DNA of 64,000 bases, taken from assembly GCA_963783305.1 (NCBI GenBank), contig CAWAMW010000013.1:1-64000 (forward strand), given 5' to 3'. A model generated the notes under the pieces. That model ran no database searches, was not told where the DNA came from, and worked only from the letters and a program-made list of their open reading frames with translations. Made by a program: the position numbers and the translations under genes. Below, one piece after another: positions 1-9,449 of the stretch (the stretch's first letter is position 1; every line of letters begins with the position of its first letter). The DNA is from an uncultured Gemmatimonadales bacterium. Lineage in GTDB: Bacteria > Gemmatimonadota > Gemmatimonadetes > Longimicrobiales > RSA9.

Positions 1-445
1 AACGACACGATCGCACGGAACGTGACTCTCGGCGACGACGCCATTCCCAGAGAGGACGTGGAGCGGGCGCTCAGGCTTGGGGGGCGGGGGATTCGTCAGC
101 CAGCGGCCCGAAGGGATGGACGCCGAGGTCGGTGACAAGGGCGGAATGTTCTCTGGCGGACAGCGGCAGCGGATCGCCATCGCCCGGGGTCTGGTACACA
201 GGCCATCGCTCCTCGTCTGGATGAGGTGACCACGGCCCTGGACGTGAAACGAGCGCGCCATGCGGGAGACGCTGCGGGAGCTGGCCGGGGAGGTGACGAT
301 CCTCTCGATCTCACACCAGCCGGCGCTCAGGAGAGCGGCCGACATCGCCTATCTCATGCGCGAGGGCCGGCTGATCCGTCTGACGGAGCAGGCCGGGCGG
401 GCTGAGAGACTCGATACACCGGCTCGCTCCGGCGCGCCTACCTGA
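1..445 (+). CDS. ABC transporter ATP-binding domain, C-terminal fragment (5' truncated, several frameshifts); probably a polysaccharide/lipid exporter
   Basis: Across frames reads NDTIARNVTLG..., EVGDKGGMFSGGQRQRIAIARGL (ABC signature), LDEVTTALD (Walker B/D-loop), ILSISHQ (H-switch); needs several indels to join. Confidence 0.8.
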
Positions 446-466
446 TTGAGCGCATTATCGCCGATC

Positions 467-1405
467 CTAGAATCTGCCAGGGTGATACCGCAGCGCGGAA
501 AAGAGCGGCCCGTCTGAAGCCGAGCCGAAATCCTCGTTCATAGGCTTGAAATCCCCCCCGCAAGTCCCCCCCGCTATCCGTGATCGACCTAGGTTGACCC
601 ATTCACGACCAATGCGCCGGCGCAGCGCGCGGGCGCTGCGCCGGCCGAGGCCAGAGGTACCGATTTTCTGGAGTGCGGCGAGCCTCGCCGCTGATGGAAC
701 CCAGTTGGCCGTGGCATTGGCCCCATGCCGTCTGACCTCGACCAGCACCTCGGGGGTGAATGCGACAGTCCCGCGCTGGAAGGCGCGGAGACAGAAGTGC
801 GTGTCCTCGCACAGCTTCAGCTCTTCGTCGAAGAAGAGATTGGCGATGGCGTCCGCTCGGAATACCATGGCCTGTGTGAATGTCGGCATGTCCCCGAACC
901 GGACGAACGTATCGAAGGGGGGACTCGTCACGATGCGCGCCCCGGCCGGAACCGCGGGCCTGGTCGGCACCTCGGGCAATTCCCGGTAGAACAGGAACTG
1001 TTCCGGAAGGAGGGAGCCGTCCTGTCTGAATCGAACGAAATTCGTGAAGACGATGCTCACCTCCTCGTGGGACTCCAGCACCGAGACGGTTCGTTGGAGC
1101 ATTTGCGGCCGCCAGCGGTCGTCCGCGTCCAGAAAAGCGATGTATCTGCCACTGGCATTTCTCAGCCCCACGTTGCGTGCGGAGCTGACCCCCCCGTTGC
1201 ATTTGCGGATCACTCGCAGACGAGGATCCGTGAAGGAGTCCGCTATGTCGGGCGTGCGGTCGGTGGAGCCGTCGTCGACTAGGAACACCTCCAGATCACG
1301 GACGCGTTGGTCTAGGACACTGGACAGCGCCTCCGCAATGTAATTCTCGGCGTTATAGGCGGGGATGATCACCGTCACCAGGGGGGGAGCGGCCGGGTCT
1401 CGCAC
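467..1405 (-). CDS. Glycosyltransferase family 2
   Basis: VTVIIPAYNAE, VDDGSTD, NGGVSSARNVG, FLDADD motifs; C-terminus possibly frameshifted at a G7 tract (alternative end 438). Confidence 0.93.
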   Translation of the reverse strand: MRDPAAPPLVTVIIPAYNAENYIAEALSSVLDQRVRDLEVFLVDDGSTDRTPDIADSFTDPRLRVIRKCNGGVSSARNVGLRNASGRYIAFLDADDRWRPQMLQRTVSVLESHEEVSIVFTNFVRFRQDGSLLPEQFLFYRELPEVPTRPAVPAGARIVTSPPFDTFVRFGDMPTFTQAMVFRADAIANLFFDEELKLCEDTHFCLRAFQRGTVAFTPEVLVEVRRHGANATANWVPSAARLAALQKIGTSGLGRRSARALRRRIGREWVNLGRSRIAGGTCGGDFKPMNEDFGSASDGPLFSALRYHPGRF

Positions 1406-1406
1406 G

Positions 1407-2288
1407 CTATACCCCCTCGCGCAGTACCCGGGTCACATCAGGGTAGCGCTCTTCCAGTGCTGCGAGATCAGCGGGAAACGGGCAGGTTTCCAACAGGCCA
1501 CGCTGCAACCGCCGCACAACTCCCAGGCCAGGGACCTGCGCCCGGACAGCCGCCCCCGCGACGCTGCCGGACGTATTGCCGTCCCCCACCTCGTGTTCCA
1601 GATCGACGCTCTGGAAGTAGTCGAGATACTTCACACCATCGCCTCCCGGGTCCTTCATCGTGCCCACCCTTGCCGCGGGCACTCCGTAGGCGTGGGCGAA
1701 GATGACCCCGTGCAGCGAACTGGAGACGATGGCATCGCAGCCGGCCACCTCCCGCAGTACATCGGGGAGAGGCGCGGTGATGTCGATCACTTTCACTTCT
1801 TCTGAATGGCCGAACCACCGCCGGGTGTGCGGGAGGTCCTTGTAGTGAGGGACGAAGCCTATACCGCGCCGAGTTGAGGACCTCGCGACGAAAAGAGGCA
1901 GGAGAAGTGCCGGGTCGCCGTAAACTTCCGGGCACTCATACCCATGCTCAAGCAACCGCCCCCGGGAAAGCGGGCCTCGAACCGCCAGAACCTCCTGAGG
2001 CCGAAAGACGTAGTGGGACCTGCTCATGATCCCGCTGCCCCATATGATGCTGTTTTCCTGCGCGTACATCAGGATGCTTCCCGCCGACAGGGTCACGGTG
2101 CGCCAGGACCTGCTGTTCGGCTCCCTGTAGATCGGTTCCACTCCCGTCAGAGTTCTGAACAGAAAGGGCCCAACCTCGTCCCCGGCGTTCCTGAAGCGCT
2201 GGGGCCGCCACCAGTACAGAGCTCGACGATCACGCCTGCGCACCCGGCGCAAGGAGTAGAGGGCTGCTCGCTTCACAGGGTTGGACAC
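1407..2288 (-). CDS. Polysaccharide pyruvyl transferase family protein (ExoV-like)
   Basis: NAGD, GSIL, WGSG, AVRGPLS, GDPALL, FVPHY, SSSLHGVIFAHAYGVP motifs. Confidence 0.88.
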   Translation of the reverse strand: MSNPVKRAALYSLRRVRRRDRRALYWWRPQRFRNAGDEVGPFLFRTLTGVEPIYREPNSRSWRTVTLSAGSILMYAQENSIIWGSGIMSRSHYVFRPQEVLAVRGPLSRGRLLEHGYECPEVYGDPALLLPLFVARSSTRRGIGFVPHYKDLPHTRRWFGHSEEVKVIDITAPLPDVLREVAGCDAIVSSSLHGVIFAHAYGVPAARVGTMKDPGGDGVKYLDYFQSVDLEHEVGDGNTSGSVAGAAVRAQVPGLGVVRRLQRGLLETCPFPADLAALEERYPDVTRVLREGV

Positions 2289-2380
2289 AATCGGGTTTCG
2301 GCTTGACCCTAACTCAGGGAAGGGACGGCCACTCGCCGTCCCTTCCCTGTGCTAGACCGGCTTATGCAGGCCGGTCCCTG

Positions 2381-3691
2381 CTAGGGCACCGGCGCGTACG
2401 AGAAGTACATGGCCCAGCTGCCGGCGCCAAACCCCATCCCGGCGCCCCAGGCGGTTTCTTCCATGGTCTCGCCAGGGAGGGTCATGCCGGCGGAGATGTC
2501 GGTGAACGACACGTCGAGATCGGCCAGCTGCGTGAGCAGGTCGCCGTTCGCCGGGTCCATGATCCACCACGTGCCAGGCGAATCACCGCCGGCGCTCAGC
2601 GCCTGCTGCCCGTATAGTGTGCCGTCCGGCCCCAGGGCCACCTGGAGCATGAAGTTGTAGTCGGCGGACTTGTTGATGAAGGTGTCGCTGCAGTCGCTCA
2701 GGTCGACCACGAAGAACTGTGTGACACCGGCGGTCATCCCGCTGCCGTAGACAATCCCGTCTGGGCTGACAGCGATGTCGCCAAATTGAATCGAAGAAGG
2801 AGCATTCGTGAGTTCGCAGGCTACACTGCTCGCCCCAATGGTCCCGTCGGCATTAATTGTGGCCTTCCTGAGTGTAGTGCTGATGTTACGGACGTAATAG
2901 TAGGAGTCGCCCATGATGGATGCGTTGTAGATGGGCGCTTGCGCCAGATTGCCGGCGTAAACGGGAGCGCCGCCCGCGCCGAGGTCGTAATAGTAGATGT
3001 CCGTCCCGGAGCCGGCCTGTACGCTGAAGTAGAGGCGATCGCTGGCGGCATGCAGCGCAAGTCCGTTGGGGGAGAATCGGTCACCTGAGGGGTCTGTAAT
3101 ACTCTGCAGGAGGGTCACCACGCCGGAGACCGGGTTGAACGAGTAGATGTCGCCGTCCGTCAGGCCATCGGAGTTAACGCCATCCTTCAAACCGTACAGA
3201 ACGAAGTCGCCGTTTCCGGCGCCGCCACTTTCGACGACCGCGTGGGCGGCGATCAGCCACTCGCCGTCCATCGCCATGGGGGCGGCGACGGTTTCGGACC
3301 ACTCCGCCAGACAGGCGATGTCATCGTCGCCGTAGGGGAACTGTCCGACCTTCGGGTTGCCCTTCTTGTTCAGGTACCCCTCGGTCTGGAAGTCTTCGAA
3401 GTCGTCGACCACCGCGAAATGGGTCTCGATGAGGCACCAGCCGGGTTCGTCGATCACGTACGTGATGGTCAGCTCACCGCCGACGGGACCGGAGACTATT
3501 ACGTAGCCGACGTCCATGTTCTGACCGGCAATCAGGTCGACCATACCGCCGTCGCTGCTGATGAGGGCGCTGCTGCCGATGGAGCTCGAGCCGGGTCCGA
3601 GGAGCCCCTGGTCGGGGGCCATGATGCCATCCGAGCAGGCGGCGCCCACGGTGAGGGACAATGCAAGGGTGAGGAGAGTCTTGCGGTTCAT
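2381..3691 (-). CDS. Secreted lipoprotein with probable beta-propeller region
   Basis: RBS GGAGGA, MNRKTLLTLALSLTVGAAC lipobox; propeller-like repeats (SPNGLAL, FGDIAVSPDG, VALGPDGTLYG). Confidence 0.75.
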   Translation of the reverse strand: MNRKTLLTLALSLTVGAACSDGIMAPDQGLLGPGSSSIGSSALISSDGGMVDLIAGQNMDVGYVIVSGPVGGELTITYVIDEPGWCLIETHFAVVDDFEDFQTEGYLNKKGNPKVGQFPYGDDDIACLAEWSETVAAPMAMDGEWLIAAHAVVESGGAGNGDFVLYGLKDGVNSDGLTDGDIYSFNPVSGVVTLLQSITDPSGDRFSPNGLALHAASDRLYFSVQAGSGTDIYYYDLGAGGAPVYAGNLAQAPIYNASIMGDSYYYVRNISTTLRKATINADGTIGASSVACELTNAPSSIQFGDIAVSPDGIVYGSGMTAGVTQFFVVDLSDCSDTFINKSADYNFMLQVALGPDGTLYGQQALSAGGDSPGTWWIMDPANGDLLTQLADLDVSFTDISAGMTLPGETMEETAWGAGMGFGAGSWAMYFSYAPVP

Positions 3692-3798
3692 AACATCCTC
3701 CGGGGGGCAGTACATGAGTCGCCCGTCGCGGCGTCCTGCGTCGGGCGGGCGCGGTCAGGAGCAGATACTCCTGAGGGGCGGGCGAACACCCACCGAAG

Positions 3799-3814
3799 TG
3801 CACGGGCTGTGCCC
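3799..3814 (-). promoter_or_regulatory. Candidate sigma54 promoter
   Basis: GGGCACAGCCCGTGCA = GG-N10-GC, close to consensus TGGCAC-N5-TTGCW, upstream of the lipoprotein. Confidence 0.55.
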
Positions 3815-3845
3815 TGCAACCTTACCCCCTGACCATGCTCCATGG

Positions 3846-3884
3846 TGTTGGCTGGCGGCCACACCGTGTTGCAGGACCGCCACT
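3846..3884. promoter_or_regulatory. Tandem dyad enhancer-like site A
   Basis: TGT-TGGCTGGCGGCC-ACA-CCG-TGT-TGCAGGACCGCC-ACT. Confidence 0.6.
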
Positions 3885-4082
3885 AAGCGCCCCGATCGAG
3901 ACCACATGCTCGACCGGGCGTCCCATGTCCAAGCGCCCGAGGCCACCCGCGCCGTGACATGTTCTCTATCCGTCCGTCGCCAGCCGGCTTGCCCGCCCAC
4001 ACCATCCTTCTGCAGGTTGCGCCGTCGGTCCGGGCATTTCGTAGCCCTGGAATTCCGATCCTTTACCGTCGTGGTCTAGCTG

Positions 4083-5252
4083 ATGAAGATCGGTATTGTA
4101 TCGCTGTATGGTTGGCTCAAGCTGTGGGATAACTACGGTTCATTACTTCAGAACTACGCACTCCAGGTGCGCCTGAAGCAATGGGGCCATGAGACGTACT
4201 GGATCCGGACGAGGGTCGATCCCTCAGCTTCTGCCCCCTCGCCCACCGAGGGGTTCTGGCCTTCATTGCGGGCGCTCGCCCGATGGGGTTTGCGGATTAC
4301 AGGATGGCGCTCCAAGGGGGATAAGCAGAGGGAGTTCGACCGGAACCATCCGAGGCGATTCGCTCCCTTTTTCGCGACCCACGTACCTCATACGGACAGG
4401 GAATACACCGTCGACGAGCTGCTGGACAACCCTCCGAACGCCGACGCGTACATCGTAGGGAGCGACCAGGTCTGGCGGGACCCGACTCCTCTGAACCTCC
4501 TCGCCTTTGGACCACAGTCCGTCAAACGCGTCGCGTATGCCGTGAGCGCACCGTGGACGGCGCTATCCCCGGAATGGTACGCTACCGCCGCACCCGAAGT
4601 AAAGCGATTACAGGCCATCTCTGTCCGCGAGCTCGAAGGCTTGCGCGTCTGTTCCGAAATGGGACGCTCCGACGCTGTCCAGACCGTTGATCCGACACTG
4701 CTGCTGGACCGCGATGACTACCGGTCTCTCATCCGGGCCGAGGAAGATGATCTCCCCTTCGAGCAGCCTCTTGCGCTCGCCTATTTCGTCAACGTGCTCC
4801 GGCGGCGTGATGTACCCTGGACGGCCCTGCGCGCATTTGCCGCGAACAACGGCATGGACTTGAGGGTCGTGCCACTCCAGGGGTCGGAGCTGATCTTTCC
4901 ATCGAAGTACGTCTACACGCCGTCGCCTACGGAATGGCTGAACGCATTCGACAAGGCTGAGTGCGTGGTGACCAATTCGTACCATGGCACTCTGTTCGCG
5001 CTGATCATGCGCAGACCTTTCCTGGCGTTGCTGCAGGGCGGACCCACATCCGCACAGAATTCCCGGTTTTTCTCGATATTGGAACCCCTGGGCTTGTCGG
5101 AACGCATCGTGTCTCGACGGGAAGCGGACGTGGCCTCAGTCCGAGACGTCGAACGGCGGATGTTCACCGAGATTGACTGGACCGACGTCGAAGCGCGGCT
5201 GGCGGGTCTGCGAGAAAGATCGGAGACCTTCCTTCTCGACTCTCTCGCCTGA
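4083..5252 (+). CDS. Polysaccharide pyruvyl transferase family protein
   Basis: NYGSLLQNYAL, IVGSDQVW, ISVRE, DPTLLL, VVTNSYHGTLFAL motifs. Confidence 0.9.
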   Translation: MKIGIVSLYGWLKLWDNYGSLLQNYALQVRLKQWGHETYWIRTRVDPSASAPSPTEGFWPSLRALARWGLRITGWRSKGDKQREFDRNHPRRFAPFFATHVPHTDREYTVDELLDNPPNADAYIVGSDQVWRDPTPLNLLAFGPQSVKRVAYAVSAPWTALSPEWYATAAPEVKRLQAISVRELEGLRVCSEMGRSDAVQTVDPTLLLDRDDYRSLIRAEEDDLPFEQPLALAYFVNVLRRRDVPWTALRAFAANNGMDLRVVPLQGSELIFPSKYVYTPSPTEWLNAFDKAECVVTNSYHGTLFALIMRRPFLALLQGGPTSAQNSRFFSILEPLGLSERIVSRREADVASVRDVERRMFTEIDWTDVEARLAGLRERSETFLLDSLA

Positions 5253-5366
5253 GGCATATCCGGAAAGGGGGAAGGAGCCAGAATACCGCTACTGACCCAG
5301 CACGTGACAACGTATAGGGCTGGTGAACACTCAATTGTTGCGGGCCCTCCACGACCCGATCCGACT

Positions 5367-6547
5367 TTACCTCAGCCGCCGCAGCACGCTTTCGATCCGC
5401 TCCAGGTCCCGCTCGTTCAAGTGCGAGTGCGTGGGCGCCGTGAACAGCTCGCGGGCCAGGGTGGCCGCGCCGGGTGTGGGGCCGGTGTCCACGGCCACGC
5501 CATCGAGGACCTCGAGTGCGGGCAGCGGCCGCGGGTAGCTGGGCAGGATGCCGAGCCGTCGCGCTCGCCCGTCCAGGAGCGGCTCCGACGGCGTTCCCGG
5601 CAGCCGGAGAGGCAACCGGAGGTAGCCGGGCCGGCCCCGTTCCGGGAAGGGGGCGTGCCGCTCTGGGATCCTGGATCGCGGTGCGGATCCGTGCGGCGTT
5701 GCCGCGGCGGACACGAGCCTCGCGCTCGGCGGAAGCGTCGGAGGCGAGGAGGACTCGCGCGGCGCTCTCCTGCATCCGCCGGGCGGGTGAAGGCGGGTGG
5801 TAGACCGTCTGACCGAGGCCGAGCCATGGCAGCGCCGCTGGAATGGCGTAGAGGCCGGGTCGACCCAGGAGCCACTGGGCTCCGAGCCGGGCCAGCGCGC
5901 CGAGGCCGCTCGCCGGGTCCTCGAGCTCCCGCGGAGGCCGACGGCGCCAGGAGGTCGGCCGCCGCGCCGCGCAGCAGGAGCGCGCCGCCCGCGCCGCCGG
6001 TCCACCCCTTCCCGCGGCCGAAGCTGAGCACGCTCAGCGGCGCGAGGCTGCCGAGGCGACGGCCATCGAGGGAGCCGCCGTGCGCCTGCGCGGCGTCCTC
6101 GATCACCCAGGTGCCGGGCGGCGCGGCGGCCAGCAGAGGCGCTATGGGAGTGGGGATCCCGAAGTGGTGGACGGCTACGATGGCGGCCGGCTCGGCGGCC
6201 AGGGCGCGGTGGAGGGACCCCGGCTCCGGGAGCAGGGTGTCGGGGTCCAGGTCGTAGAACGCGGGACGAACCTCCGCACCCACAGCCGCGGTCACAATAT
6301 CGTAGCAGGTGTAGGCGGGCAGCGCCGCGGTGTGGCGCCCCGATGCGGAGCGGGCGAGGGAGAGTGCGAGCTGGAGCGCCTGGGTGCCGCTGCCGCAGAG
6401 GATCACACGATCGGCGCTGAACCGCTCCGCCAGCAGGCGTTCGAGCTGCTGCGTCGGATTCCGAGGGCTGCGGGTGAGCACGGCGCGGAGCGCGGCGGCG
6501 GCGTCGACGGGGGAGTGGACGGGCGGAAGGCGTCGTAGGGACGGCAT
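5367..6547 (-). pseudogene. DegT/DnrJ/EryC1/StrS-family sugar aminotransferase, split across three frames
   Basis: GSGTQAL, LPAYTC, IEDAAQA, SFGRGKG in frame A; QWLLGRPGLYAIP..GLGQTVYHP in frame B; GYLRLP..SYPRPL..LFTAPTH in frame C; shifts near 5920-5950 and 5670. Confidence 0.8.
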
Positions 6548-6686
6548 GGGGGACCAACCTACCCCGGGACGTGGAGCGGGCGCCAGAAGACGGCTGCCGG
6601 GCGTGGGGTGAAGCTCAGATCTTGCAGGCCGTCGTGGCGGAGGCCCGCGCTCCCGCCTCTCTCTCTCACCCAAACCCGAGACGCCC

Positions 6687-8042
6687 ATGATCCGGTCACG
6701 AACGGCCATTCCGCTCCTCTTCCTCGTTTCCCTGGCCGGATGCGCCGCTCCGGCCGTCGATCCCGGGATCGTGGCGCGGGCTGCGGACCGGGAGCTCACG
6801 GTGGAGGAGGGCGCGGCGATCCTGGCCGCCGGCCCGGATCTCCCCGCCAGTCCCGAGGTGGCCACGGCGCTGGCCGACCTGTGGATCGACTACGTGCTGC
6901 TGGGGATCGCGGTGGCGGAGGACACGTCGCTGTCGCAGCTGGACGTGGCGCCGCTGGTGCGGCAGCAGGCGGAGCAGGCCATGATCACGGCTCTGCGCGA
7001 CTCGGTCCTCGGCGGCGCCGAGCCCATCGACGAGGTGGAGCTGCGGGGGCGGTACGAAGCGGAGGCGGCCGGCTCGGAGGTCCGGGTGAGCCATATCCTG
7101 CGGACGCTGCCCCCGGGTGCCACGGCGGCGCAGCGCGACAGCGTGGTGGAGGGGGTGCGGGACCTCCGACGTCAGATCGTGGAGGGAGCCGAGGACTTCG
7201 ACTCGGCGGCCCGTCGCTACAGCGAGGATCCCGGCACGGCCGGGCGTGGCGGGGAGCTTGGATTCGTTGCTCCGGGCGAGCTCCCAGCGCGGCTGGCGGA
7301 AGCCGTGTCGGGGCTGGAGCCGGGCGGGGTGAGCGAGCCGATCGTCACCGAAGCGGGGGTGCACCTGGTGCGGGTCGAGGAGCGGCGAACGCCCACGCCG
7401 GAGGCGTTCCGTGCGCGAGTGGAGGGCCGGCGAGTGGCGGTGGCCGAGTCGACGTACCTGGCGGAGCTCCGGGAGCGCGCGGCGGTGCGGGTGCAGGAGG
7501 GCGCCGCCGAGCGCGTCCGGGAGCTGGCCCGCGGCACCGCGGACACGACGACTTTCGCCGGACAGAGGGCGCTCGTTCGCTACACCGACGGAGAGATCAC
7601 GGCCGCGGAGGTCCGCGAGTTCCTGGGGAGCCGGACGCCGCTGTACCGCTCCCAGGTCGCCGGGGCTCCCGACTCGCTGATCCACCGCCAGATCCTCGAG
7701 CCCCTGGTTCAGCGGGAGCTGCTGGTGCGCGAGGCGGAGCGGGAGGGGTGGGCGGTGTCGGACGAGACGCTGGAGCCGATCCCGGCCGCGGCGCGGGCGA
7801 GCATCCGCTCGATGGCGCGGCAGCTCGGGCTCTACCCGGTGTCCGCGGAGCCCGAGAGCGAGTACGCGGATGAGGTGGAAAACAGGGTCCACGCGCTGCT
7901 CACCGCCGTCGTCGGGGGGGAGCGGCAGGCGCCTCCGCTGGGCGCCATCTCCACCCTGTTGCGCGGGCGCTACCCCGCCGACGTTTCGGCCGCCGGAATC
8001 GAGGCTCTCGTCTCCGCCATGCAGGCGCGGACCGACTCCTGA
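6687..8042 (+). CDS. Peptidyl-prolyl cis-trans isomerase lipoprotein (parvulin/PpiC, SurA/EpsD-like)
   Basis: Lipobox LAGC; VRVSHIL, FDSAARRYSEDPGTAGRGGELG, SEPIVTEAGVHLV. Confidence 0.85.
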   Translation: MIRSRTAIPLLFLVSLAGCAAPAVDPGIVARAADRELTVEEGAAILAAGPDLPASPEVATALADLWIDYVLLGIAVAEDTSLSQLDVAPLVRQQAEQAMITALRDSVLGGAEPIDEVELRGRYEAEAAGSEVRVSHILRTLPPGATAAQRDSVVEGVRDLRRQIVEGAEDFDSAARRYSEDPGTAGRGGELGFVAPGELPARLAEAVSGLEPGGVSEPIVTEAGVHLVRVEERRTPTPEAFRARVEGRRVAVAESTYLAELRERAAVRVQEGAAERVRELARGTADTTTFAGQRALVRYTDGEITAAEVREFLGSRTPLYRSQVAGAPDSLIHRQILEPLVQRELLVREAEREGWAVSDETLEPIPAAARASIRSMARQLGLYPVSAEPESEYADEVENRVHALLTAVVGGERQAPPLGAISTLLRGRYPADVSAAGIEALVSAMQARTDS

Positions 8043-8055
8043 GGCGGCACCGGTA

Positions 8056-8094
8056 CGTGTCGCTGGCTCCACAGGCTGTGGCACCGATCCAACG
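8056..8094. promoter_or_regulatory. Tandem dyad enhancer-like site B
   Basis: CGT-GTCGCTGGCTCC-ACA-GGC-TGT-GGCACCGATCCA-ACG. Confidence 0.6.
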
Positions 8095-8173
8095 GAACGG
8101 CGGCGGGAGGGAACGGGCGGAAAGCGTCGCCATTTTCCGCCGCGGGGAGTAGAACGAGAATCATTCCTGGGCA

Positions 8174-8189
8174 CGGAATGGCGGTTGCA
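8174..8189 (+). promoter_or_regulatory. Candidate sigma54 promoter of PEP-CTERM gene
   Basis: CGGAATGGCGGTTGCA = GG-N10-GC with TTGCA, 80 bp downstream of site B. Confidence 0.55.
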
Positions 8190-8268
8190 CTTCCTGGGCG
8201 GTGATCCCCCCGGTCGGATAGCTCGCAGTGAGCGGTCGGGCCGTCATCCCGTTACACGAGGAGTCTCT

Positions 8269-9354
8269 ATGCGACGAACCTTCCGATCACTGGCAGGCCT
8301 GGCCGCGGCTGCCGCGCTGGTCCCCGCCTTTACCATTGGCGCGGGCGCCCAGTCCATCGACCCATCGACGTTCAGCGGAACGCTCGGTGTGGGCGAGAGC
8401 GTCACGATCAACAAGACCATCACGGTGGGCGAGTTCGGCGCCACCACGGTCGACCTGTTCTTCCTGGCGGACAACACGGGGAGCATGGGCGGCATCATCA
8501 CCGAGGCACAGAGTGGCGCTACGTCAATCATGAACGCGCTGGTTGGCGACTACCATTTCGGGGCGGGCCGGTATCTGGGTGACCCGTTCGAGGGAGTCGC
8601 CCCGGCGTCCGCCTACTCGGAGGACACGGGTCTGACGGCCAGCAAGGTGGCGGTCCAGGCCGGGATCGACAGCTGGACCGCCGGCGGTGGTGGTGACACA
8701 CCGGAGGCGAACTTCTACGCGCTGCAGCAGGTGGCGAACACCGCTGCCTGGCGCGCCGAGGCGCAGCGGTTGATCGTCTGGTTCGGTGACGCGCCATCGC
8801 ACACGGAGACCACCACCTCGGCCCAGGCCATCGCGGCGCTCCAGGCTGCGAACGCAAAGGTCATCGCGTTCAACAGCGGGTCCGCGGGTAACGGGATCGA
8901 CGGGAGTTATGGTGCTTCCACGAACCAGGCCAGCGGTATTGTCGCCGGCGCCGGCGGGTCGCTGACGAACAACTTCAGTCTCCTGAGCGGGGCGGACTTC
9001 GTGAACGCGGTCACCGCCCAGATCGATGCGGCGACGTCATCGATCGACCTCATCTTCGGCACCAACTTCCTCGGCACGGGTCTGAGCCTGGCGTTCGCGT
9101 GCACGGACCCGCTCGGCTGTACGGGCGTGGGTGCGGGTGAGTCCCGTATGTTCGACCTGACCATCACGGGCCTGGAGGTCGGGGAATACGACTTCGAGGT
9201 GTTCGCGCAGGGCGTGGATGCGGTCGAGACCGACTTCATCCGGGTAACGGGCGGCACGCCAGTGCCGGAGCCGGCCACCATGCTGCTGCTGGGCACGGGG
9301 CTGTTCGGTGTGGCGTTCGTCGGTCGCCGTCGTCGCAAGGACGAGCTGGGCTGA
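8269..9354 (+). CDS. PEP-CTERM sorting-domain protein with von Willebrand A-like domain
   Basis: RBS GAGGAG; signal peptide ending AGA-Q; FLADNTGSM (MIDAS-like), GGDTPEA, FGDAPSH; C-terminal VPEPATMLLLGTGLFGVAFVGRRRRK. Confidence 0.92.
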   Translation: MRRTFRSLAGLAAAAALVPAFTIGAGAQSIDPSTFSGTLGVGESVTINKTITVGEFGATTVDLFFLADNTGSMGGIITEAQSGATSIMNALVGDYHFGAGRYLGDPFEGVAPASAYSEDTGLTASKVAVQAGIDSWTAGGGGDTPEANFYALQQVANTAAWRAEAQRLIVWFGDAPSHTETTTSAQAIAALQAANAKVIAFNSGSAGNGIDGSYGASTNQASGIVAGAGGSLTNNFSLLSGADFVNAVTAQIDAATSSIDLIFGTNFLGTGLSLAFACTDPLGCTGVGAGESRMFDLTITGLEVGEYDFEVFAQGVDAVETDFIRVTGGTPVPEPATMLLLGTGLFGVAFVGRRRRKDELG

Positions 9355-9384
9355 CGTCTGTCGCAGCCGTTGACACCGGCTGAT

Positions 9385-9430
9385 ACGAAACGCCCCGGCG
9401 GCAGGATCTCCTGCCGCCGGGGCGTTTCGT
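9385..9430. terminator. Intrinsic terminator, probably bidirectional
   Basis: Long perfect stem ACGAAACGCCCCGGCGGCAGGA/TCCTGCCGCCGGGGCGTTTCGT between convergent genes. Confidence 0.85.
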
Positions 9431-9449
9431 TTGTGGTTCGTTTCCCCCG

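Noticed and set aside
7870..8268. N-terminal extension of the PEP-CTERM ORF
   Set aside because: RBS and signal peptide start at 8269; the extension covers the promoter and the upstream gene
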